Positions 1-13,420 of a DNA stretch of 64,000 nucleotides are shown here, in pieces. Under the pieces are notes generated by a model. That model made no database searches, was not told where the DNA came from, and saw only the letters and a program-made list of their open reading frames with translations. This DNA comes from Octopus vulgaris (taxonomy: Eukaryota): the NCBI GenBank assembly GCA_951406725.2, contig OX597814.1:126542001-126606000 (forward strand). The letters run 5' to 3'. The number at the start of each line of letters is the position of its first letter. The stretch's first letter is position 1. Position numbers and translations under genes: made by a program.

Positions 1-779
1 GTATCAAATCTACAATTGAAGTACCCCGTGCCTAATGTTGTATTTCTTGTTAATATGCACATAGCTATATGAGGATTGTTGGTAAAGAGACTGAATAGGT
101 GCAACATTAGTGAGAGGATGTTAGAAGAAGTGAAAGGAAATCTAATTCCAAGAGGGACAGAGGAGAAGGAGAGAAAGAGAGAGAGATGAGCAATTATCTG
201 ATGGTTGTTGGTAAGGGTATGGAATAGAAACAACATGAACGAGATAGATTTTTAGTGTGAATATTAAATGTTTATCCCTGCTTTCTATGCACATTCAAAA
301 CAAGTGTTTCAGAATCTCCAAAGGTGATGTGAAACAAGGAAGAAAAAAATGATTGGGAGAGGGAGACAGAAAGGGATAGAGAGAGATAAAGACAGAGAGA
401 GGGTGAAAGCAAGAGCAATAGTTGAGTGTGAAAGATATCATTGAGAAAGGAGAAAGGAATGTGAAAGAGAAAATAATAGCAGAGAAACAAGATGATGGAA
501 AAAAAGAGCATAAGAAGAAAAAGAAAGGGGAGTGGATGAGACAGAGAGTCAGAGAGTAATGGATGTCTGTGAAAAGTGATAGAGATATAATATGAGAGAG
601 AGAGGAAGTCAGGGAAAGCAATAAAGATAAGTAAGGACTAAAAGAGAGAAGGAGTGATGGATATTTCAGTTTGTAAGCTATTTTTCATGCCGCCTCTCCT
701 ATTGAGGTTGTTATGCATGGTGGTCATCCCCTAGCACGATTGTCAGCTTCATGATGGGGATAAATGGGATTAAACTATA

Positions 780-1000
780 GGGAGTGGGGTCCAGAACAGA
801 TTCTTGTATAATAGATCAGCATGCCTGCTCACATTCAGTAGGAGAAGGGGAGGAAGAGGAAAGAGAAAATAATCAGTAGGATCTGCAAAGAGATAGACAA
901 TAGCCATAAGGTGCCCAGGTGGCTCCTCAAGGTATATAGAAGTGGATGGGTGAATAATATACAAGATTGTATGGAAAGGAAATGAGGGGATGGGAAGGTA
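780..1000 (-). repeat. Unclassified dispersed repeat, second copy at ~34620-34800 (+)
   Basis: Shared acctgggca...tctctttgcag.tcct.ctgat and tacaagaatctgttctg.accc segments. Confidence 0.6.
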
Positions 1001-1286
1001 GACTCTGAAAATGGGCAGAGTTGAAATGACATGGTTGTCTGTAGTAGCTAAGGAAGGCAACCAGAGACAGGTGTAGTGCATTGGAGTTGGTGGAAAGTCA
1101 TTGTAATGTGGGTGGAGAACACAATACATGACACTTCCAGAACTCAGTTTCACTGAGTAGGACAAGAGTTTTAAGGACTTGCATATCACTAGAGCTCCTG
1201 ATTCTTTGTCATCTCTGCCACCAGGCTTCACCACTTCATGCTATGTCTTCTGGAGTCATGTATATATATATATATATATATATATA

Positions 1287-2920
1287 TCATCATCATCATT
1301 GTTTAACGTCCGCTTTCCATGCTAGCATGGGTTGGACGATTTGACTGAGGACTGGCAAACACAATGGCTGCTCCAGGCTCCAATCTGATCTGGCAGAGTT
1401 TCTACAGCTGGATGCCCTTCTTAACGCCAACCACTCCGAAAGTGTAGTGAGTGCTTTTACATGCCAGCGGCACAAGGGCCAGTCTGGTGGTACTGGCAAC
1501 GGCCATGCTCCAATCTTTTTTCACATGCCACCAGCACAAATGCCAGTAAGGTGACACTGGTAACGATCACACTGGAATGGTGCTTTTTATGTGCCACCAG
1601 CACGGAAGCCAGTTAGCTGCTCTGGCAACGATCACGCTCAGATGGTACTTTTAGTGCTCCACTAGCACGGATGCCAGTCTTCGAATTTGATTTCAATTTC
1701 ACCTGCCTCAACAGGTCTTCACAAGCAGAGTATAGTGTCCAATGAAGGAAAGGTATGCATAAGTGGAATGGTTACATCCGTGGCATAGGCCACAAGGTTA
1801 TGTTCTCACTTGGCTTTCCGGTTCTTCTCAAGCACAGCATATTTCCAAAGGTCTTGGTCACTTGCCATTGCCTCGGTGAGGCCTATTGTTCGAAGGTCAT
1901 GCTTCACCACCTCATCTCAGGTCTTCCTGGGTCTACCTCTTCCATAGGTTCCCTCAACCGCTAGGGTGTGGCACTTTTTGATGCAGCTATCCTCATCCAT
2001 TCTTGCCACATGACCATACCAGCGCAGTCTTACACACTACATCTGATGCTTCTTAGGTCCAACTTTTCTCTCAAGGTACGTACACTCTGTCGAGTATGCA
2101 CACTGATATTACACATCCATCGAAGCATACTGGCTTCATTCCTTGCAAGCTTACGCATGTTCTCAGCAGTCGTGGCCCATGTTTTACTGCCATGTAGCAA
2201 GGCTGTTCGTACATGTGTTCATACAGTCTACATTTTACTCTGAGCAAGAAGCCCTTTGTCACCAGCAGAGGTAAGAGCTCTCTGAACTTTGCCCAGGTTA
2301 TTCTTACTCTAGCAGTTACACTTTCAGCACACCCATCCCTGCAACTGATTTGGTCACCTAGGTAACGGAAGCTATCAATTACTTCTAGTTTTTCTCCCTG
2401 GAATGTGGCAGAAGTTGTTCTCTGCACATTTTCAGTGTTTATTGCTGCTGAGCATCTGCCACATACAAAAACTATATTCCTAGTTAGCCTTCCTTTGATA
2501 TTGCTGCACCTCTTATGTGTCCATAGCTTACACTGGGGTACATCTTATATAGTTTCTACCTACACCTTTTCTACAGATTGAGCAGGGTCATCTACCTGAA
2601 GGGATTTGTGGTTTCTCTGCCTTCCTACTTACTAGGACTTTGGTTTTAGCTAAGTTGACCCTAAGCCCTTTCGATTCTAATCCTTGTTTCCACACCTGAA
2701 ACTTCCCCTCTAGTTCTGATAGTGACTCAGCAATTAGAGCAAGGTCCTGTCTTGAATTCCTCTGTTATTGCCTGGAGGACTATGATAAATAGGAGGAGGA
2801 TGAGGACTGAACTTTGGTGGACCCCTACCTCTACTCAGAATTCTTCACTGTACTCATTTCCAACCCTCACCTTACTGACAGTGTCCCTGTACATGGCTTG
2901 CACAGCTCTCACTTACCATT
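1287..2920 (-). mobile_element. 5'-truncated RTE-type LINE: RT C-terminus, 3' UTR and (GAT)n tail
   Basis: ORF 2071..2427 LEVIDSFRYLGDQI...ARVRITWAKFRELLPLL, with frameshifts; continues into a 3' UTR ending ggacgttaaacaatgatgatg. Confidence 0.85.
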
Positions 2921-4119
2921 CTTAGATATATGTATGTGTATATATTTACACTGATATCTATATATGCAACTGTTAACTCATTTTTGTCAATTATTTATAA
3001 TTTTTAAAAATATATTTGGGTAAATGAATACTGATATGTATTATATATTGTTATGTTCACTTTAAAGCACGTATATACACGTAAAAAGCACCCACTTCAC
3101 TCTCGGAGTGGTTGGCGTTAGGAAGGGCATCCAACTGTAGAAATTCTGCCAGATCAAGATTGGAGCCTGGTGCAGCCATCTGGTTTGCTGGCCCTCAGTC
3201 AAAATCATCCAATCCATGCTAGCATGGAAAGCGGACGTTAAACGATAATGATGATATATGTATGTATCTATCTATGTCTATATGCGTGTATATCTATGTA
3301 TGCATGTATGTGTGTGTCAATAGGTATTATGTGTGTGTGTGTTATAAGCATTACGATATGTTATATTCTTCTAATAAACTATGTAATCTTAGTATAGGAA
3401 AAGAGTAATTATGATAATGGTATTGAAGTCCTTAGGAAGTTGTAAAGTTATGTTATTTTATATTTAATGATCTTAAGTGTAATTATATTAAATTAAATTA
3501 AATTTTAAAGTAGACCCTACTCTAAATATATGTTTCTATTATTATATTATTCCTTCATAAGTATGAATGCATTAAATTATAAACATCTTTATTTAAAATG
3601 AATTATTTCCCCTGAAAAATAAGAAATTTTTATTTACTTATTTAAAAATTAATATAGATAAAAATTATTCTTGCATAAATAATATTTATTGTACAGCATA
3701 TTAAAAGCATTGCAAATTACCTTTGTGCAATTATGTCCCTTCTATTCTGCTGTAAATATAAATGCATATAAACATTACGATGAGATTTTTTCCTTTAAAA
3801 AACTAAATAATTTTAAATTTTAGCAGTATTCGTTTTAGTATGGGAGTAATTATCAAAAGGACATTTATGAAGTTTTTATGATTTTTTTTTTTTTTTTTTT
3901 TTTTTTGGATAACAGGTTAATTAAGCATATATTTAATTTCTGCAATAATTATGTTACTTTGATAATATTTTTTAGAAAGTTTCTTTCTTATATAAACTAC
4001 GTAATTTTTAATTATTTATCTTTCATTTTTAGTAATAATTATTATAAATAATGAATGCAATGTAGTTTATATTTGCATTTTGACTAGAGATTGTAAAGTA
4101 TTTTGAATATTTTGAATTG

Positions 4120-4545
4120 GCACAGGCATGATTGTGTAGTAAGGTGCTTACTTACCAATCACATGGTTCCAGGTTCAGTCCCACTACATGGTACCTTGGC
4201 CAAGTGTCTTCTGCTATAGCCTCAGGCCAACCAAAGCTTTGTGAGTGGCTTTGGTAGACGGAAACTGAAAGAAACTTATCGTATATGTATGTATGAATGC
4301 ATGTATGTATGTAAGCATGTATGTATGCATATATCTGTGTCTGTGTTTGTCCCTCCACCATTGCTTGGAAACCAATGTTGGTGTCTTTACATCCTCGTAA
4401 CTTAGTGGTTCGGCAAAAGAGAATGATAGAGTAGGCTTACAAAGGATAAGTCCTGGGGTCAATTTGTTTGAATAAAGGTGGTGCTCCAGCATGACTGCCG
4501 TCAAATGACTGGAACATGAAAAAGAATTGAAGAAATAAAGAAAAG
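4120..4545 (+). mobile_element. tRNA-derived SINE family 1 copy
   Basis: Colinear with 57273-57720. Confidence 0.85.
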
Positions 4546-4833
4546 AATATTATTTTGCTATTTACCCATAGATAAATAGTGTATTGTAATTATAATAATA
4601 TGAAAGAATGAAAGGGCTATTTCTTATTTCACCATGGTTTTTTTCTTAAATATTTTTTTTTTTATATTCTTTTAAATATTGCACCTGGTATTTTTTTTAA
4701 ATCAATGTGCTAAAATATATTCAGATTTTATGACTGTTATATTAGTTTATTTTTCATATTTTATTTTTTATCTTTGTTTTTGTTTTTAACTACTGACACT
4801 CGTGCTTGAAAACATAAATATATTTAAATTCAG

Positions 4834-4947
4834 TCTTTTCTTGGATCTGTGAATCCTCATATATCAAAAATTACACTGAAGAGATTCTTACTCACAAACA
4901 ATGGATTTTAATAATTTTATTATGGGTTAGAATCGAAACCATTGTAT
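4834..4947 (+). CDS. Possible upstream exon of gene A (hydrophobic WILIILLWV, signal-like)
   Basis: attcag| acceptor and T|gtaatt donor, open phase 1-1 frame that joins 9308 in frame. Splice sites are weak and there is no in-frame ATG. Confidence 0.25.
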
Positions 4948-5849
4948 GTAATTTGTGTTTAATATTTATTATTTATTATATTGTATTATTATAAGAATAT
5001 AATATAATATTATGCTAATAAATTTTAAGTTTTGAATTGATAATTGTATATCTCTATTTTCTTTTCATTTTTATAAATTTAATATACACCCATGTGAATT
5101 GTAAAGCTTTTCTATATTAAATTGGGTATCAAATGGTTGAGCCAGTGAAAGATTGGATCTTTTCGTCCCTATTTTCCTCGTATTGGATTTAATATCAAAT
5201 ATATGTGTATGGGGGTAGGTGCATTTCTGTATCTCTTTTATATGTATGTGTGTGTGTATTTGTGGGTGCTTGTGTGTATATATCTAGGTATATGTCTATA
5301 TAACTCTATGTCTATACATATGACTAGGTGTGTGTCAGAGTCTTATGGCCATCAGTCTTTTGTCCTTGCCCAAGGTTGGGGGTTTTATGTTTGTTGCTCT
5401 GATATGTTATATATATCATCACCCTTTCTTTCATTCCCCTCCCTAATATCTTTTATCAGCACACAAACACACACACACACACACAAGTTGGTCACCACTT
5501 GTCTTTTTTTAAATCTTTTTTTATCTTAAATGTCTTAATGACCTTAAATGTTGTGGTTTTATTCCTCCATACACATACACACACATCCTTCCTCCTCCTT
5601 TCACTAAATTTGTATGTCAGTATGTATATGTATGTGTATAGTTTATGTCTGTGTGTGTCTCTGTCTGCGTATATGTATCTATGTGCATTCCTATATTTGT
5701 GTATCTGTTTATCATTCGTATGTGTGTATATATATATATATATATACATACACACACACACATTTATTTATATATGTATGTGTGTATGTTTATATATATA
5801 TATGTGTGTGTGTGTATTATATATATATATATATATATGAAGCACGACC

Positions 5850-6712
5850 TTCGAACATTGGTCCTTACCAAGGGAATGACTAATGACCTAGACTTTTGGA
5901 GATATGCTGTGCTTGAGAAGACCCGACAAGCCAAGTGAGACCGTGGCCCATGGCCTATGCCAGTAGGTGTAACCAGCCCACTTATGAATACCTCTCATTC
6001 ATTGGACAATAAACTTTGCTTGCGAGGCAAGTGAAATCAAAATTAAAATCAAAATTACTGATGTGGTCGATGACAGTACCGCTTGATTGGCACTCATGCC
6101 AGTGGAACGTTGAAAGCACGTCTGAACGTGGGGTGTAACCAGCCCACTTATGAGTACCCCTCATTCATTGGACAATGAACTTTGCTTGCAAAGAGCTATT
6201 GAGGCAAGTAAAAACAAATCAAAATCGCTAACGTGGCCTATGACAGTACCGCCTGATTGGCACTCGTGCCAGTGGAATGTTCAAAGCACATCTGAGCATG
6301 ATTGTTACCATGACCACGGATTTGCTCCCGTGCTGGTGACATGTGAAAAGCACCATTCGAGCATGATCGTTGCCAGTGTCGCCTTACCGGTACATATGCA
6401 GGAGGCACATGAAAAACAACATTCAAGCGTGGTCGTTGCCAGTGCCACTGACTGGCTCCCATGCAGGTAGCATGTAAACACCTTTTGTGTGTGGTCATTA
6501 CCAGTACCGCCTGACTGGCTCCTATGCCAGTGTCACGTAAAAGCACCCACTACACTCTTGAGTGGTTGGCATTAGAAAGGGCATCCAACTGTAGAAACTT
6601 TGCCAGATCAGACTGAGCCAGGTGCAGCTTCTGGCTCATCAGTCTTCAGTCAATCCATCCAACCCATGCCAGCATGGAAAGCAGATGTTAAACGATAATG
6701 ATGATGATGATG
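5850..6712 (+). mobile_element. RTE-LINE 3' UTR copy with internal ~167-bp duplication
   Basis: Homologous to 1287-1900; ggtgtaaccagcccacttatga repeats at ~5966 and ~6132; ends in (GAT)n. Shorter copies at ~3078, 13480, 19020, 22040, 23040, 34900, 38720, 49955, 50360 and 62775. Confidence 0.8.
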
Positions 6713-6744
<32 letters not shown>

Positions 6745-6817
6745 TATAGACAGCAGTCTGCAATGTTTTACCAAAAAAGTAAAACTATAACTGTCACTAG
6801 ATTGCTACAAATAAGAG

Positions 6818-6852
<35 letters not shown>

Positions 6853-7220
6853 CAGATGGATAATGGTTCCTTCACTACAGCTGTTTCCAACAAATTTTTT
6901 AATTGATGAACAGAGATATAACATCATGTGAAAAAAGTTTTCATTAGGTGAATATACATGAATTACACATTTAAAACGGTCCGAAAGTCACAAGTTTCTG
7001 TCACTTCATGATTCCCTGACTAGTAATAAGGAATCCTGAAGTGTGTGTGTGCATACATGTATATATATACATATATTTCTACTATTACATCTAATTGCCT
7101 TTTGGATATGCTCTTTTTTTTTATATATATCTCTATGGACTTTCTCATTAGTAATACCTTTCCCTATATATTGTGCACAAAATAATTATTTTCCCAAATA
7201 AATTACACTTCACATTTGAG

Positions 7221-7299
7221 GCTCTGATGAAACTATAAGGTGTTATTCAGGTGCTCAACTATGAGTCCACTGCATCTGATAGCAGAAACAACTGTAAGC
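7221..7299 (+). ncRNA. Minimal type I hammerhead ribozyme-like motif (Penelope-associated)
   Basis: gct-CTGATGA-a-ctat...atag-ca-GAAA-C-aact-G-TA-agc: core boxes, stem I gct/agc, stem II ctat/atag with a long loop, 1-bp stem III extension, GUA site. Confidence 0.55.
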
Positions 7300-7570
7300 T
7301 AATGAAGTTCATAACATAATCATTTTTTCCTATGTCATCTCATTTCTTTTATTTATATATATATGAGAGGTATTAGTATCCAGAAGACCCAAGGTGGCAG
7401 GTAACGCTATGTAAGTGCTATGGGAGGACCATAGTTAAACTCTCGCTATAATAGTGATACAAGTGAAGAGTCTAATGCAGGTCTTGCATGAGCATATATA
7501 TGTTAAATAAAATGAGACAACAAAGCCAAGGCTGTGTGGAGTTTTCTGGACATTTATAAAGAGAAAGTTA

Positions 7571-7618
7571 GTCTTACAGATGTTTCTGGGATATTAGGGA
7601 TGTCCCTTCATCAGAGAC
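7571..7618 (-). ncRNA. Minimal type I hammerhead ribozyme motif (Penelope-associated)
   Basis: Minus strand GTCT-CTGATGA-A-GGGA-catccctaata-TCCC-A-GAAA-C-atct-G-TA-AGAC: intact core, stem I GTCT/AGAC, stem II GGGA/TCCC. Confidence 0.7.
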
Positions 7619-7749
7619 GATGTGAGATGGTTAGATAGAGGGAAATATTAGAGTTCAATATAAGGAGTTATTTTGGAAAAGGAAGCAAATAAGGAGTGTA
7701 TAGGGAAATAGGAGAATGAATGTATAAAGATGATATATATATATTATGT

Positions 7750-8620
7750 TGTGTCTTATCTCAATAGTGGCTTACCTACCGTAGCATTAGCGGGAATAAC
7801 AGTAATACCTCTGGAATGAGAGGCATTAACATCTGTAACCACAGTGATGCAAATGCAACACGTCTTCCTTTTCTTTGGTTCTTATACTACTTGAGATGAT
7901 TTAAATCCTCACTCAAATTCAATTGATCATACTACTTTTATATTTTCTAGCAATACCTCTAAGGTTGTGGATTCTAATACTGATCTTCAAAGCACTGTTA
8001 TTCTTCATCTCAATTGCTTTAGCCCTGGAATGAATACGGTCTGAAACAACTATTATTGATTAGACCCACCTATTGGTTATAACCAAAAGCCTAACTTCCC
8101 TTTGATCTTCAAATAGTAGAGATACTAACACCTCTATTCCTGCTCCTGGGATAAACAATTGTCTTGACCAATATAGGATACAAATAGAGCAAAAGCCCAC
8201 TCATAATGGGAATATCTGTAATTATCAAGTCTCTCGACTCTGTCCATTAAATGGGTTTTGCTTGTCCTTTAGTATGATATATAAATGTTTGGTCACAACT
8301 CCATCTTTTCACCAAACTAAGATCTACACAGGGGAAACAATTGACTTGAAGTGATACTATGTTACTTACCTCATCTCCTCAAATAGGATCTTTAAACAAT
8401 CTATTTCATTAGCCATCTACATGTATCATCTCAAGTCCCAGAGTATACCTTATACTTTATCCTGATCTATAGTTTGTGGTGGAACCCCATACAATGCTAA
8501 CCTTCATGTTTGTAAATTATGTTACTGGAAATCACTCACAATATTATGCCAAAATCAGACATCTTTATTTAATTAATTTTCTGATGTAATCTTCTCTTGC
8601 AGGTACAAATTCTATAACAC
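7750..8620 (+). mobile_element. Degenerate Penelope-like retroelement fragment (GIY-YIG endonuclease)
   Basis: From ~8240 reads CPLNGFCLSFSMIYKCLVTT...KIYTGET, later SLAIYMYHLK and CKLC, matching the PLE linker and GIY-YIG layout; contains stops. Confidence 0.65.
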
Positions 8621-9307
8621 CTTTGCTCATTATGAAAAATTGTAATTTCTCCTTGTCCCTTGTCTTAGCTAAAATGCTATTTTTCACAAACATTTTTTTC
8701 TCCTACTATTCCCACTCCCTTACCTCAATGCTTAATTTTCTCATGTCTCTGTTTCCATTGCCTCTGATGTTCTTAATTGCTTTATTGCCTGAGAACAACT
8801 TTGAGCCCCTGTTAGGTTAAGTGACTACACTTTCTTTTGGTCAGCTATTACTATATCTTCTTTATATCTTGTCTTTGTCTGGTTGTATCTGCATCTTGTT
8901 TTGCCTCTTAACTACCTCAACTCTCCCATTATTTCAGTCTACTTCCCTCAGTCATATTCCTTTCTCTTCTCATTAAGCATTTATATTTGTGAACACTACT
9001 AGATAGCTTGTATTTACCACTCTACTCTACTCTACTCTACTCTTGAAAAGGGAGGTACTTTAACAATTTCATCTAGACTTCTCACTGGAAACACACCTAT
9101 GATATCATGCACATATATATTAATATAGTTATTATGTACATTAAAGACTCTTGGCTGTTGAGATAAGACATTACATAAATTCTTTTACCTTTGTATATAT
9201 TTTTCTTTTCTGAATTTTGTACTCCATGTAAATATATGTCTCAAACCTGTGTTTATCTACCCTACTGCCTCTATATTGATAAGTTATTTTACTACATCTG
9301 TTTTCAG

Positions 9308-9930
9308 ATACCATGAATAGAAGCCATTTTGATCATTCTCCCAATGAACAGATAAATTCTAACAAAAATATCACAGAACTCAAACCTTTAATGAAAAGAC
9401 AGAAACGCCATGGTGAAACATTATTTCCTTTACCACCTAGATTGGTTTTGCTGGCAGTGGTCTATCTCAAACAGATTTTCCACCAAATCAATATTAGTGC
9501 TTATCATAGAGTAACCCTGTCTTGTGATAATGTTATATCCAGAGCTATCTATGATGAATTCCCAATGGCCATTCTGTTCTGGGAATTTAATGACGAACCA
9601 TTTAATATTGATCCATCTTCCATGCTTTATAGATCCATACCTAATGAATTGGTCCTTATCTCAGCACAACCAAAGGACAGTGGTGTTTATACGTGTCAAA
9701 TGACACAGAATTTCAAGTGGGTTCAAGTGGTGGATGTGTTTGTCCTACAGGTATATTCAGAAGAAGTGAAAACATATTACAAAGAGAAAACCAAACTGCG
9801 TTTGAGCTGCCATGGTGAGGCACTGATGGAAATATTTTCTGGTGTGAAAAGGATATGGTATCGTAATGATTCTGCGGTATATATTAATGATGATGTTCAA
9901 TCAGATGTCGTTGATATTCCTCCAGAAAAG
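9308..9930 (+). CDS. Gene A exon: Ig-domain membrane protein, first Ig domain plus most of second
   Basis: Acceptor ttttcag|at 9308, donor GAAAAG|gtgaga at 9931 (phase 0). Ig motifs VTLSC...ILFW...DSGVYTC, then LRLSC...RIWYRN. In-frame ATG at 9313; the phase-1 acceptor suggests an upstream exon. Confidence 0.85.
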
Positions 9931-10590
9931 GTGAGATACTAATTTTTAATAGGGTTGTAGCCATTTATTTCATAACCTCATGCCCTCAAAGTAAATAACC
10001 ACCAGTCATCAGTGATTTCATCTTCATCCTAATCATTATCATTTTCTTCATCATCATCACTAACATCTTCGGCATTATCTTCTTCATTAATAATATTGTA
10101 ATCATTAACATCATATATATTTTAAGATTCATTTCCCATTGGAAGAATTGGAATGGTAGGACTTATCAGAATCTAGAAAGCTGAAAGATAAAGTTAAGGT
10201 CTTGCTAAGGTCAATTTTGTCTTTCATTCTTCTGAAGTTGATAAGATAAAGTATTATTCAAATCCTGGAATTGATTTCATCAACTTATTCCACCCCCAGT
10301 TGGACTTCTGGCCTTATCTCTGTTTAAAATTATTATTATTTAACAGAAGCAAAGATGTCCAGGACTCTTGATATCTTACTTTATTGTGCTACATCCGCTT
10401 AAATTCTCGGTTCAGTTCCTGCTAAAGTTAACTATATTCTTTTCTCTGGCAGATTTGATAAATCAAACATTATAAAAGGTGAGAGACAAGTAGGTTAGTT
10501 TGGCCAGAATGCAGTATGCAACTGAGCAGTTCAGATAAGCAGAAGTTGTAGTTGTTGCAGCAGAAGATACAGTCGAGAAAATATAGCATG

Positions 10591-11702
10591 TGTATGAGTC
10601 AGTGGTTGTTAGGGACTTGTGGGTGAGTCAGTGGTTGTTAGGGACTTGTGGATGAGTCAGTGGTTGTTAGGGACTTGTGGATGAGTCAGTGGTTGTTAGG
10701 GACTTGTGTATGAGTCAGTGGTTGTTAAGGACTTGTGGGTGAATCAGTGGTTGTTAAGGACTTGTGGGTGAGTCAGTGGTTGTTAGGGACTTGTGGATGA
10801 GTCAGTGGTTGTTAGGGACTTGTGAATGAGTCAGTGGTTGTTAGGGACTTGTGAATGAGTCAGTGGTTGTTAAGGACTTGTGGGTGAGTCAGTGGTTGTT
10901 AAGGACTTGTGGGTGAGTCAGTGGTTGTTAGGGACTTGTGTATGAGTCAGTGGTTGTTAGGGACTTGTGTATGAGTCAGTGGTTGTTAGGGACTTGTGTA
11001 TGAGTCAGTGGTTGTTAGGGACTTGTGAATGAGTCAGTGGTTGTTAAGGACTTGTGGGTGAGTCAGTGGTTGTTAGGGACTTGTGGATGAGTCAGTGGTT
11101 GTTAGGGACTTGTGGATGAGTCAGTGGTTGTTAGGGACTTGTGGATGAGTCAGTGGTTGTTAGGGACTTGTGGATGAGTTAGTGGTTGTTAGGGACTTGT
11201 GTATGAGTCAGTGGTTGTTAGGGACTTGTGTATGAGTCAGTGGTTGTTAGGGACTTGTGAATGAGTCAGTGGTTGTTAGTGACTTGTGGATGAGTCAGTG
11301 GTTGTTAGGGACTTGTGGATGAGTCAGTGGTTGTTAGGGACTTGTGAATGAGTCAGTGGTTGTTAGGGACTTGTGGATGAGTCAGTGGTTGTTAGGGACT
11401 TGCGGATGAGTCAGTGGTTGTTAGGGACTTGTGGATGAGTTAGTGGTTGTTAGGGACTTGTGTATGAGTCAGTGGTTGTTAGGGACTTGTGGATGAGTCA
11501 GTGGTTGTTAGGGACTTGTGAATGAGTCAGTGGTTGTTAGTGACTTGTGGATGAGTCAGTGGTTGTTAGGGACTTGTGGATGAGTCAGTGGTTGTTAGGG
11601 ACTTGTGAATGAGTCAGTGGTTGTTAGTGACTTGTGGATGAGTCAGTGGTTGTTAGGGACTTGTGGGTGAGTCAGTGGTTGTTAGGGACTTGTGTATGAG
11701 TC
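10591..11702. repeat. 29-bp minisatellite (~38 copies), TGAGTCAGTGGTTGTTAGGGACTTGTGGA, in gene A intron
   Basis: Direct head-to-tail repeats with 29-nt period and no spacers. Confidence 0.97.
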
Positions 11703-12699
11703 TTTTGAAATCAGCCAAATATGTGGGTAGCATCAATGCCATCTCATATATTTGAGAAAGTACTTCAACGAGGAGATTACTTGAAATTTGTAGAGGGTTA
11801 GTAACTGATTAGAGCTGGTGTATTTCCTTAACTTAAAGAAGATTCCTAGTTGTTGGAATAGAGTTTTTGGCAATGTAAGAAAGTAATATTCACTTCTTCA
11901 GAGCTTTGTTATCCATTGTAGTTTTGTAACTTCACACACACACCTGTAATAACGTCACACCACTGCTTGTCCATGCTACCATTGACCACCATCACATGTC
12001 CATAACACCAACACCTACCTCTACTGTAGCTAGATTTATCATTATCATCTAAATCTACTGCAGCTATCATCCACTTCTATTACATGTTCCACATCACCAA
12101 AACCTACCTCTGTTGTACCTATCATCAAATGACCAAACTATCCCCAAAAACCTGACTCTAATTGCACACCATCTTTACTTCACATTCTCTTTATTCCCTC
12201 TTTCCCAGTTAGAAAACAACAACAAGTCAGTTTTTTTTTCAAGTCAATCTCCTTTTTACTTCTGTGTATGTAATGTGAATATATGAATGTATCTGAGAAT
12301 GAGCTTAAGCTTGTATAGAAATGCAGATACATATCAGTATGTGTGTATGTCATGTATGTCTCTTTACAAGTGACTGGATTTTATGTGAAGAAGCCTGAGC
12401 ATTTGTGAGTATGCCAGTATGCTTGTATGTATGTATTAATGCCTATGTCTATACGTAGCACATATGTGTCATGCTGAATCTCATGAAGAACTCTATTAAG
12501 GGTGTGCATGTCTGTGGAGTGCTCAGCCAGTTGTGCATTAATTTCACAAACAGGCTGTTCAGTTAATTGAATCAACAACAACAGTCATCGTTGCAACTGA
12601 TGGAGAACCAGGCCAAGTATATCCATGGGTGGTAGAGTTACTGAATTCCCAAGAGTAGCCAAAGTTGTTATTGGAAAGAAGGTGGATAGTCTTCTGGAC

Positions 12700-13420
12700 T
12701 TCTAAGTCAACCATTAGATGTCAAAGCTTTTAGGTGGCAATGCACAGGAAAGCAAAACATTGAAGATATGGTAAGGTAACTGATGGAAGGTATTAATTTA
12801 ATTGCACATCTGTGGACAGCTTCCAGTAGATCAATGTTCTGGACAAGATGGAGTTTCAAGAGGAAGAAGGTAATGAAAAGTGTGGACATGATAGATATAC
12901 ATAACTTTAAATAGACAGCCAGTGAAGAACTGACAAATGTCTTATTGAGTGATATGAAGACACTTTCAAGCTTTTTTCAATGATTATAAAAACATAGCTT
13001 GTCCACTGCAGATTATTGTTTGTAATAATACCCAGGTCATATTTACCAGCAGACTTCTTAATGTTCCTTTTATTGAGCAACTAGATAAATTCCAAGTTTT
13101 TATCTACATTATCTACATGTCCAGATCAGATCTACATTTATCTACATGTCCAGATCAGATTACAACATATAGGATCTGATTTATTTATCTCAAAGTAGAC
13201 CTTGATGCCATCTGCATATTTTAACCAAATAACATGTGTCAAGTTAATATATACCTCAAACAGCAGGGTATCAAGAATATATCCCAGTTGGACTCCAGAT
13301 GTTATAGAATAAGATGCAGAATGTTGTCCTAGTATTGTGACTATTTCTTTTCAACTGAGAATGAAGGACTTCAATTATAATGATTAGCCCTCATGCCTAT
13401 TGTAGAGAACTTCACTATGT
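12700..13420 (-). mobile_element. Degenerate CR1/L2-like LINE fragment
   Basis: IDLLEAVHRCAIKLIPSI resembles the CR1 LE.VQRRATKLIP motif. Confidence 0.5.

Noticed and set aside
10591-11702. CRISPR-like regular array
   Set aside because: Units are head-to-tail with no unique spacers, there are no cas genes, and the context is eukaryotic.
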